The notes beneath the pieces are model-generated. The model was not told the DNA's origin and searched no databases. It saw nothing but the letters and a program-made list of their open reading frames with translations. 64,000 bases of DNA from Candidatus Omnitrophota bacterium (GTDB lineage Bacteria > Omnitrophota > Gorgyraeia > Zapsychrales > JAKLDJ01), in contig JAKLDJ010000002.1 of the NCBI GenBank assembly GCA_022703585.1, positions 219,413 through 283,412 of the forward strand. The letters run 5' to 3'. Of this stretch, positions 57,010-64,000 are shown piece after piece. A program made the position numbers and the translations under genes. The first letter of the stretch is position 1. Every line of letters starts with the position of its first letter.

Positions 57010-58203
57010 CTAACCGGCCTTAACTATCTTGGCAAATTCCTTTCCGTATTCATAACACCGCTTAAGCTCATTCTCATCCGGAACATACTGTACAGACAAA
57101 CCCGGTTGCGCCAAGGTAATCCCCGCTTCCTTAACGATCTCTTCGATAGCCTTAACCGCCCCGCCGGCCCAACCATAGGAACCGAAGGCGCAAGCGACTC
57201 TATTTCTCGGCTTTAATCCTTTTAAGAAAGCCAAAAATCCTCCGATAATCGTCAGCATATCGTTATCGTGGGTCGAAGAACCAAACAAATACCCCTTGGC
57301 GTCGAGCATCTGAGTAATGATTTCGGTGCGATCAGTTACTGCCACGTCATAAAGCTTTACTTCCAGCCCGGCATCGGTTAATCCCTGGCTCATCTTATAC
57401 GCCATTTTCTCGGTAGCACCCCACATGGTTTCATAGGCAATAACGACCTTGGGCTTGGTTTTGTTCTGGGACCAGCCGGTGTAAGCATCAATGGCTTTTT
57501 TGATATCGCGGCGCCAGATAATACCGTGGCTGGGCGCGATCATCTTAATAGGAAGCCCCGACGTTTTAATCTCTTCCAGCTTCCTGGCGATAACAGAGCT
57601 TAGAGGCCAAAGAATATTCGCATAATACTTTGCGTCTTCTTCCATCAGAACGGCCGGATCAGTTTCATCATCAAACCTCTCGGAAGTAGCATAATGCTGA
57701 CCAAAGGCATCGTTAGGCATCAAGAGCTGTTCTTCCGGGCAATAAGTAAACATGCTGTCCGGCCAATGGATCATGGCCGCTTCGATAAACTGAAGCGTCC
57801 TTTTGCCTAAATTGATTTTATCGCCGGTTTTCACAACTTGAAAATCCCAATTGCCGTAATAATGTTTTTGCAAGCCCTCCTTGCATTTTTGCGTGCCGAA
57901 CATTTTTGCCTTGGGGCACAGCTTAAGAAGTTCGGGATAAGCGCCGGAATGATCGGTTTCAACGTGATTGGCGACGATATAATCGATCTTTCCCGGGTCA
58001 ACCACCTGGCGGATATTTTCAATCAATTCTTTGGCAAACGACGCATGCACCGCGTCCACCAACGTAATCTTATCGTCGACGATAAGATACGAATTATACG
58101 TCGTCCCCCTCTTGGTGGTATAGGTATGCCCGTGAAAATGGCGCATATTCCAATCAATGGCGCCGACCCAATAGATATTTGATAGTATTTTTACGGCAGA
58201 CAT
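57010..58203 (-). CDS. Flavodiiron protein (FprA / rubredoxin:oxygen oxidoreductase / NO reductase type).
   Basis: The 397-aa ORF has a metallo-beta-lactamase-like domain (HVETDHSG) and a C-terminal flavodoxin domain. Confidence 0.9.
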   Translation of the reverse strand: MSAVKILSNIYWVGAIDWNMRHFHGHTYTTKRGTTYNSYLIVDDKITLVDAVHASFAKELIENIRQVVDPGKIDYIVANHVETDHSGAYPELLKLCPKAKMFGTQKCKEGLQKHYYGNWDFQVVKTGDKINLGKRTLQFIEAAMIHWPDSMFTYCPEEQLLMPNDAFGQHYATSERFDDETDPAVLMEEDAKYYANILWPLSSVIARKLEEIKTSGLPIKMIAPSHGIIWRRDIKKAIDAYTGWSQNKTKPKVVIAYETMWGATEKMAYKMSQGLTDAGLEVKLYDVAVTDRTEIITQMLDAKGYLFGSSTHDNDMLTIIGGFLAFLKGLKPRNRVACAFGSYGWAGGAVKAIEEIVKEAGITLAQPGLSVQYVPDENELKRCYEYGKEFAKIVKAG

Positions 58204-58225
58204 AATAAGCCCCTTTCCTTAAACC

Positions 58226-58927
58226 TTAATAGCCCTGGAACTGTTCGGAAACAATGTTTATCCCCGGAACCAAAAGCTCTTCAGATAAAATCCTTCTCAT
58301 CGCCGTTACCATCGCCGGCGGCCCGCAGACATAAAATTTTCTCTCTATAAAATCAGGAATACTGTCTTTAATTATCTGGCCGGTAATAAATCCTACTTTA
58401 CAGGAAAATTTATCGCACGGCTCCATCAATACATGCAAAACCCTAAGATTCCCGCACTGATTTTGCATTTGGTCCAGTTCATCTTTAAAGGCAATCTCAT
58501 GAATATTCTTATTACCGTAAAATAAGACCATGTCGTTTTTAATGTTCTTATCAACCGCGTATTTAAAGATGCTGCGGATAGGGGCAATACCGATACCGCC
58601 GGAAAGAAACGCGATTCTGGGCGCTTTTTCGTCTAGGATAAATTTGCCGAAAGGATACTGTATTTTTACGGAATCGCCCGGCTTTAGATGATTAAGCGTC
58701 CGGGAAAATTCGCTGTCGGTAATTTTCTTGGTAAATTCAATATAGCCTTTTTCCGTCGGCGAACTGGAAATCGATAAATATTTCTTTATCTCTTTATCAG
58801 TTTTAACTGTCACGGAAAGAAACTGGCCGGCTTGAAAATCAGCCGTGGCACCCACATCCACGCGAAAGCTCTTGACACTGGGAGTTCTTTGAATAACTTC
58901 CTTTATCGTTCCTTCTGATTCCGGCAT
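58226..58927 (-). CDS. FNR-like FAD/NAD(P)H oxidoreductase (PyrK/siderophore-reductase fold), candidate NAD(P)H:rubredoxin reductase.
   Basis: A 233-aa protein with a flavin-binding beta barrel and an NAD-binding domain (IAFLSGGIGIAPI). Confidence 0.7.
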   Translation of the reverse strand: MPESEGTIKEVIQRTPSVKSFRVDVGATADFQAGQFLSVTVKTDKEIKKYLSISSSPTEKGYIEFTKKITDSEFSRTLNHLKPGDSVKIQYPFGKFILDEKAPRIAFLSGGIGIAPIRSIFKYAVDKNIKNDMVLFYGNKNIHEIAFKDELDQMQNQCGNLRVLHVLMEPCDKFSCKVGFITGQIIKDSIPDFIERKFYVCGPPAMVTAMRRILSEELLVPGINIVSEQFQGY

Positions 58928-58955
58928 TGCTTTCCTTTATGATCTGATGGAGAAA

Positions 58956-59117
58956 TTAGGCTTTTTTTTCGAACATGTCCTTGCCCACGCCGCATTCCGG
59001 ACACACCCAAGTATCGGGCAAGTCTTCGAATTTCGTTCCCGCAGGAATACCGTTTTCCGGATCGCCTACGGCAGGGTCATAAATGTAGCTACAAACCGTG
59101 CATTGATATTTATTCAT
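58956..59117 (-). CDS. rub: Rubredoxin, 53 aa, below the ORF-track size cutoff.
   Basis: Hand translation gives [53 protein letters not shown], with two CxxC pairs and a canonical rubredoxin fold. A strong AAAAGGAGG RBS lies 7 nt upstream. Confidence 0.85.
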   Translation of the reverse strand: MNKYQCTVCSYIYDPAVGDPENGIPAGTKFEDLPDTWVCPECGVGKDMFEKKA

Positions 59118-59265
59118 CCTTTACCTCCTTTTAAAGAGGAATTATTATTGTTAGGCTAAATACAACCCTACTTCCCTACCAAAATTCCTACCAATTGTAA
59201 TACGTTATTGTAAAATTGTCTACAAATTCATCCGCCAGGCCTGTCGTATCTGTTTCTCGCGTCCC

Positions 59266-59294
59266 TTGCAAATATTCCATCCTTCGACTATAAT
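59266..59294 (+). promoter_or_regulatory. Near-consensus sigma70 promoter (TTGCAA, 17 nt spacer, TATAAT) for ssrA.
   Basis: The sequence reads ttgcaaatattccatccttcgactataat, 16 nt upstream of the mature tmRNA 5' end. Confidence 0.6.
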
Positions 59295-59310
59295 TTATCC
59301 AGAACTTCAT

Positions 59311-59707
59311 GGGGGTGATAGGCCTCGACTTGAGTTTGACGCTGTAAGGATGGCGTGCCGGGGAAGCTTGGTCGGCCCCGTTAAAAATCCAAGCAAAACT
59401 AAACGCAAACGATCAAACGTTAGCGGAAGCCAATGAAATCGTGAATAACGTTTTCATGGGCGAAACAGTCCTCGCTTAAATTAAGTGAGGCCCTCTTGTA
59501 AGCTTCGCCTGCGGGTTTATAAAGAGGACGACAGCAGGCTGGTCCCGCTGATTGCTTTTGTTAACGGGACGAGACCTTAAAAGCTGGCCCTTTTTGTATT
59601 TTGTTTGTTGAAGCCAAAAAGGGCGAGATTTAAAAGACAAACTACGCACGTAGAGGTCTTTACGGAGTAACCCAAGGACGCGAGTTCGATTCTCGCCACC
59701 TCCACCA
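59311..59707 (+). ncRNA. ssrA: tmRNA (SsrA).
   Basis: The 5' end is GGGGGUGAUAGGCCUCGAC and the 3' end is GGACGCGAGUUCGAUUCUCGCCACCUCCACCA, a tRNA-Ala-like acceptor/T-arm with encoded CCA. An internal tag frame at 59405-59479 starts GCAAACGAU (A N D ...) and ends ...VLA-UAA. Confidence 0.9.
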
Positions 59708-59725
59708 GGCTTCGTCAAAGTGCTT

Positions 59726-59773
59726 TCGCCTTTGACTTCGCCTGGCTTCGCCGGAAGTCAAGGGCGAAAGCAA
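59726..59773. other. Stem-loop immediately 3' of ssrA (ctttcgcctttgacttc ... gaagtcaagggcgaaag).
   Basis: The inverted repeat matches at 16 of 17 positions. An outer inverted repeat also pairs the tmRNA 3' terminus (ccaccaggctt, 59700-59710) with aagcctggtgg (59791-59801). Confidence 0.5.
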
Positions 59774-59850
59774 TCCAAAAAAGCCTGGTGGTTACCCTGC
59801 GAAGCCAAACACGATAAGTATTTGGCGAAGCAGGGTCCACTATTTGAGAG

Positions 59851-60096
59851 ATGCACTACGTATACATTCTGATTAGTAAAGTGGACCCTTCCAAATATTA
59901 TGTCGGGATCACACAAAATATCAAAAAAAGACTCGCCGAACATAACGAAAACCCTTCTTGCAGTTATACTACAAAATATAAACCTTGGAATTTAACTACC
60001 CTCATTTCTTTCAGCGATAAAAGAAAGGCAACTAATTTTTAGATTTATCTCAAAGCGCATTCCGGCAAAACTTTTTTAAAAAAACACCTTATCTAG
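59851..60096 (+). pseudogene. GIY-YIG (UPF0213-type) nuclease-domain gene interrupted by an in-frame TAG at 60040-60042.
   Basis: MHYVYILISKVDPSKYYVGITQNIKKRLAEHN...DKRKATNF*IYLKAHSGKTFLKKHLI*. The family is normally about 85-100 aa, and the reading frame continues cleanly through the TAG. Confidence 0.6.
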
Positions 60097-60149
60097 TAAT
60101 TCCCTGCAACACCCCAAGAAAACCCATCCACAGGATGGGCTTTACGTTT

Positions 60150-60195
60150 GGTGGCCCTCGGCCGTCCCTTATTCCGGAAAAGGCCGAGGGCCACC
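60150..60195. other. 14-bp perfect inverted repeat (ggtggccctcggcc ... ggccgagggccacc) with an 18-nt loop.
   Basis: It lies between the GIY-YIG remnant and the pilin gene. No U-tract follows on either strand. Confidence 0.5.
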
Positions 60196-60348
60196 ACTCC
60201 TAAGAAGCACAAGACCACCCGCCTGCACATTTTCCGATTCTCTAAGAATCTTTTAACTAAATATGTTACAATGTTTTTATAGTTAGCAGCGTCTACCAAG
60301 AACTTAAAAGTTGTATAAAGTTTTATAAAAATATAGAGATAAAGATTT

Positions 60349-60804
60349 ATGAAAAACAAAGGTTTTACGCTCATAGAAATTCTGGTTATTGCGTCAATAA
60401 TAGCTGTGTTAGCAACTATCGCCCTTGTTAGCTTACTTCGTATGTTTATAGCATTTAACGAGGCCAGTGCCCGAAACACGATAAGAACAATTGCTTCCGC
60501 CTGCGAACAATATGCCTCATTCCACGGCGGAGAATATCCGTCATATGAAGGTCAATTAATCAGCCCGCACGATAGGCCCCCTTATATTAGCGAAGCCTTT
60601 GATCGCAAGGTAAAACACGGATATACCATTTATGAATTCTTCCTGAACCCGAGCGTGTATCACCTTAAAGCTAGGCCTGTACGCCGTGGCGTAACGGGCA
60701 ATAATTGCTTTTACATGTACTCGGATCAGGGTCTGGTTTTAGTCTCCAAACCGGTACAGACGTCAGGAGAATGCCCCCGCTACGATCCCCCTGCTTATCC
60801 TTAA
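60349..60804 (+). CDS. Type IV pilin / pseudopilin with a prepilin-peptidase N-terminal methylation motif.
   Basis: MKNKG|FTLIEILVIASIIAVLATIAL shows a G-1/F+1/E+5 class III signal, and a C-terminal Cys pair (CFYMY...GECP) is present. The upstream region is AT-rich. Confidence 0.85.
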   Translation: MKNKGFTLIEILVIASIIAVLATIALVSLLRMFIAFNEASARNTIRTIASACEQYASFHGGEYPSYEGQLISPHDRPPYISEAFDRKVKHGYTIYEFFLNPSVYHLKARPVRRGVTGNNCFYMYSDQGLVLVSKPVQTSGECPRYDPPAYP

Positions 60805-60887
60805 TTAAGAAAATTTAGCTAAAATAAAGTCGGCGAGCACTTTAACAAAACAAAGTGCCGGACGAAGCGGCAGCCACGAGGCATTGG

Positions 60888-62441
60888 TTACTGCAGTTTA
60901 TCGTTTCGGATATAATACTTTTGTTTCCCGATATATCTCGGCGCATAGTTTTCCTTAAAGAATTCAGCAAGTTGTTTGTAATCCGCAGCTGTGATCAACT
61001 CTTTTTGAAATAGATCCAAAAGGAAATCTTGATTGCGATAACGGCAGGTGACAACTGCCGGCCGGGTTGTTATTATTTTGTCCGCAATCCCGGTGCGCAG
61101 GGCATCATTCTTGAGTGCTGAAAAATCATCGATAAAATCGTATTGCCAGACAGAATAAAGTCTCGTCGTGTCATGAGCAAAAATCGGATGCCTAGGCAAG
61201 AAAGCCAGGCAGGTATCTTCCCCGCAATAATCCATAAGACGAGAAAATGTTTTTCTATCAGTAAGGTAAATGGAGCTATTGCCGCTTAATAAGTCTGCTG
61301 CGGACGAGGATAAGAAAATAGCGGCAACTACTCCGAAAATAGCGGAGCGCTTGGCCAGAGATAAAGTTTTTTCAAATACACCCAAAAGGGGGCAACCGCA
61401 TCCGATGATGGCACAAATAAAGAACCAAAAACCAAGATAATATTCTCCGCTAACATCGGTCGTCGTAGTTAAAGAGCTTGCGGTGCTCAGGCAGAAAGCT
61501 ATAAACAGCAACGTGCTCGATGCCCATAATTTTCCAAAACGGCTGAAAATACTATACGCCCCCCACCCCCCCAGTGCCAAAACTTCCAAGGGAAACATAA
61601 CTTTAAAAACAACTATTTGCGAATTAAAACCGAACATCCAGAATAAATAATCTTTAAGGATCCCATGACTGACTAAATAAGATAATAAAGGCAGGCAACC
61701 TATGGCAAGGCCAAGAAAATACAAGACCAGTTTCAACGGACGTTTTTTCTTTTCTCCTAAGAATACGGCAATAACCGGCAAGAAAACCAGTAAATATTGC
61801 TTAGGAACAAACGAGGCCGCTAACGAAAATGCTATTCCCGCAAAAAAACTAGGCAGGACCCTTTTGCCGGAAATCTCAAATGAGAGGCGTACGACCGCAA
61901 GCAGAAAGAAAATCATAAATATATCCGGACGGAGCAGCAAGTACTGGGCTGTTGAAGCAACGCTCGAAAGCACCAAAAGATAAATGGATAACTCGGCTTT
62001 TTCTTTCCAGGCCTGCCGGGCAATCTGCCAGCCAAGGAGAATATTGATGGCAAACATGAAGCCGGAAACAATACGCAGAATATCAAACATGACTCCGGAC
62101 GACTTCAACCATGAAACAAACGGAGCTATTAAAACTGACAAGAAAGGAGAATGATGTTCGAAGAAATCTTTGTAGGGAGTCAACCCTTGCGAAACAAGCC
62201 AGCCAAGATGAAGATGCCCTGATTCCACATGAGAAGCACCCATAAAAATCCCCAAGAATACTAAGAATACCGTATTTAAAACAACAAGCGGCCAGAAGCT
62301 AACCGTTAATTTCTTCCCAAAACGCGAATAAGCCCAAAGCCCGCTTATGATGGCGATGAGCAGAAAAATTAATACCTCCATGGGCCGATAGAATCTAACG
62401 AAAGAATCAATCATCGCGCTTTCTTTTTGGCAGCATAACAA
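60888..62441 (-). CDS. Polytopic membrane protein, GT-C-like putative glycosyltransferase (ArnT/PMT_2-like), paralog 1.
   Basis: A 517-aa protein with about 11 TM helices in the N-terminal two-thirds and a soluble C-terminal domain ending YYIRNDKLQ. It is about 50% identical to the next gene. Confidence 0.5.
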   Translation of the reverse strand: MLCCQKESAMIDSFVRFYRPMEVLIFLLIAIISGLWAYSRFGKKLTVSFWPLVVLNTVFLVFLGIFMGASHVESGHLHLGWLVSQGLTPYKDFFEHHSPFLSVLIAPFVSWLKSSGVMFDILRIVSGFMFAINILLGWQIARQAWKEKAELSIYLLVLSSVASTAQYLLLRPDIFMIFFLLAVVRLSFEISGKRVLPSFFAGIAFSLAASFVPKQYLLVFLPVIAVFLGEKKKRPLKLVLYFLGLAIGCLPLLSYLVSHGILKDYLFWMFGFNSQIVVFKVMFPLEVLALGGWGAYSIFSRFGKLWASSTLLFIAFCLSTASSLTTTTDVSGEYYLGFWFFICAIIGCGCPLLGVFEKTLSLAKRSAIFGVVAAIFLSSSAADLLSGNSSIYLTDRKTFSRLMDYCGEDTCLAFLPRHPIFAHDTTRLYSVWQYDFIDDFSALKNDALRTGIADKIITTRPAVVTCRYRNQDFLLDLFQKELITAADYKQLAEFFKENYAPRYIGKQKYYIRNDKLQ

Positions 62442-62474
62442 ACAACAACGCCTTGGATTTAGTTTCCATATACA

Positions 62475-63974
62475 TTATTTTAACTTATCGTTACGGATAT
62501 AGTATTTCTCTTGCCCAATGCGCTTTCGCGTATAATTTTCTTTGAAGAACAAAACAAGCTCCTTATAATCAGCCGCTGAAATCAACTTTTTCTGGAACAA
62601 GTCCAGGACAAAATCTTTCTTACGAAAAGAACAGACAACAACCGCAGGCCGAGAGGCCATGATTTCCTTTAAAACCCCCTGGCGCATGGCATCCTGTTTT
62701 AGGGGAGAGAAACGCGTAATATAGTGATACTGCCAGTCTGAATACAGCCGCGTGGCATCGTATGTAAACACCGGATGAAGAGGCAAGAAAACCAAACAAT
62801 GATCGTTCTTGCAATATTTCATCAGTTCCACCACGGCTCTTTTATCTTGCGGAAAATTCTTATCGCAAAATTCCCCCACATACATTATGCCGGGAATTAA
62901 CAAAAGGCTAAAAAAGACGCCGATAATAACCGCCCGCCTTACCCGGGAAGAGACTCTTTCGAACACCTCCGGGATAGGGCATCCGCTTGCAATAATCGCA
63001 CAGAGAAAAAGCCAAAAAGCGAGATAATGCCCCCAGCTTACGGCAATCGTACTCGTTAAGGAACTGAGCGTACTTAAGCAGAAGGCTACGATCAAAAGCA
63101 GGGTTTTTGTTCTGCGTGATTCACGAAAGCTCTTTAAAAGGCGGTATGCTCCCCACCCCGCAAACATCCCTATCATAAAAGGAAAGAACACTCGGAAGAC
63201 AATAATCTCCTTATTAAATTCAAATACCCAGAAAACAAAATCCTGGAAAATACCGTGGCTCATCAGATAGGATAGTAGCGGCAGACTGCCCACTGCGAGC
63301 CCGAGAAAATAGGCAGCCAGTTTCCCGGTACGCATTCTTTTTTCCCCCAAGAAAACAGCAATCAGGGGCAGGAAAAACAAGAAATACTGTTTCGTCATAA
63401 AAGAGGCAGCCAAAGAAAATGCTATTCCCGCGAGGAAGCTGGGCAAGACTCTTTTGCCGGGAATCTCCATCGATATCAATATCACCGCCAATAGAAAGAA
63501 CGTCATGAAGATATCCGGCCGTAACCAAAGATATTCAGCTCCAATAGCGGCGCTGGAGAGCACCAAAAGATATACAGCAAGCCTGGCCTTGTCTTGCCAG
63601 GCTTTCCTGGCAATCTGCCAACCGAGATAGGCATTTAATAAGAATACCAGCCCCGAAATAATACGAATGATATCAAAAATCACCGGCGACGGCTCAAACG
63701 ACTTGACCAGAGGAATCAGCATTATCCATAAAAATGGCGATTGATGCATCCAGAAATCGTTGTAAGGGACAAATCCCCGCGACATAAGCCATGCCGCATG
63801 AAGATGTTCTGTTCCGTCGTGATCTATCTGCGATACGGCAGCCCAGACCCCAAGCAATATGAAATTTGCAACAATCACCGGCACGATGCTGACTGTCAAA
63901 TTCCTTCTTAAGCGTTGGTATGCCCAAAAAGTGATTGTTGTAACCATCGATAGAAAAATAAGAAGATTGATCAA
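62475..63974 (-). CDS. Polytopic membrane protein, GT-C-like putative glycosyltransferase, paralog 2 (tandem duplicate).
   Basis: The 499-aa ORF shares its architecture with paralog 1: both have a conserved FDI(L/I)RI(V/I)SG block and a C-terminal YYIRNDKLK tail. Confidence 0.5.
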   Translation of the reverse strand: MINLLIFLSMVTTITFWAYQRLRRNLTVSIVPVIVANFILLGVWAAVSQIDHDGTEHLHAAWLMSRGFVPYNDFWMHQSPFLWIMLIPLVKSFEPSPVIFDIIRIISGLVFLLNAYLGWQIARKAWQDKARLAVYLLVLSSAAIGAEYLWLRPDIFMTFFLLAVILISMEIPGKRVLPSFLAGIAFSLAASFMTKQYFLFFLPLIAVFLGEKRMRTGKLAAYFLGLAVGSLPLLSYLMSHGIFQDFVFWVFEFNKEIIVFRVFFPFMIGMFAGWGAYRLLKSFRESRRTKTLLLIVAFCLSTLSSLTSTIAVSWGHYLAFWLFLCAIIASGCPIPEVFERVSSRVRRAVIIGVFFSLLLIPGIMYVGEFCDKNFPQDKRAVVELMKYCKNDHCLVFLPLHPVFTYDATRLYSDWQYHYITRFSPLKQDAMRQGVLKEIMASRPAVVVCSFRKKDFVLDLFQKKLISAADYKELVLFFKENYTRKRIGQEKYYIRNDKLK

Positions 63975-64000
63975 TGTGTCAAAACGTACAACGAGATTAA

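Noticed and set aside
59405-59479. Alternative tmRNA tag frames.
   Set aside because: The other two frames hit stop codons within 2-13 codons and give basic, non-degron-like peptides (TKRKRSNVSGSQ). Only the frame ending ...VLA-UAA is plausible, though its resume codon remains uncertain.
60093-60479. 128-aa minus-strand ORF between the GIY-YIG gene and the pilin gene.
   Set aside because: It spans two hairpins and the AT-rich pilin promoter and overlaps the well-supported pilin start. It has no RBS and no domain.
1-64000. CRISPR arrays, transposases, integrases or prophage genes, especially near ssrA.
   Set aside because: No regularly spaced direct repeats and no DDE, tyrosine or serine recombinase-like ORFs were found. 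The ssrA neighbours are a pilin gene and a GIY-YIG remnant only.

Overview
The window is a chromosomal segment of an anaerobic, fermentative, H2-evolving bacterium with moderate GC content. About 95% of it is coding, and nearly all genes lie on the minus strand in long operons. In order of position:
- Positions 1 to 12900: class II B12-dependent ribonucleotide reductase (nrdJ, 3' end cut by the window edge) behind a sigma70 promoter carrying an NrdR-box-like palindrome, a radical SAM gene, hypF-hypC-hypD-hypE, a dihydroorotate-dehydrogenase-like flavoprotein, pyruvate:ferredoxin oxidoreductase, and a divergently transcribed MEDS-domain gene.
- Positions 12907 to 28203: a roughly 20-gene group-4 (Mbh/Mrp-type) membrane-bound [NiFe]-hydrogenase operon. 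It opens with a multi-PAS histidine kinase and a receiver-only response regulator, followed by an AsrA/AsrB-like (sulfhydrogenase beta/gamma-like) FeS/flavin module. Then come the catalytic core (NuoH-, NuoB-, NuoC- and NuoD-like subunits with intact NiFe Cys motifs) and a full Mrp antiporter module. It ends with a maturation protease and a HypA homolog that lacks its zinc finger.
- Housekeeping genes: rmlD/rmlC, MetY, two deaminases, ADP-forming acetyl-CoA synthetase and a pyruvate kinase lacking its C-terminal domain. Together with PFOR and the hydrogenase these form a coherent pyruvate to acetate + ATP + H2 route.
- An Arn-like glycolipid cluster: a DegT aminotransferase, a polyprenyl-phosphate GT2 and a large GT-C-like membrane protein, decorated with two radical SAM enzymes (one B12-binding) and a methyltransferase.
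- The remaining minus-strand genes: hcp with an Rrf2 regulator and a palindromic operator, a carotenoid operon (crtI, crtB, a secreted unknown, a lycopene cyclase domain gene), a small triple-repeat Cys/His protein, and an O2/NO-stress cluster (rubrerythrin, flavodiiron protein, an FNR-like reductase and a previously uncalled 53-aa rubredoxin).
- A short plus-strand island at positions 59311 to 60804: tmRNA, a GIY-YIG gene interrupted by an in-frame TAG, and a type IV pilin gene, followed by two tandem paralogous GT-C-like membrane proteins.
I saw no CRISPR array, transposase or integrase. Several GC-rich perfect hairpins sharing a GGGCGGCCC stem suggest a small REP-like repeat family.
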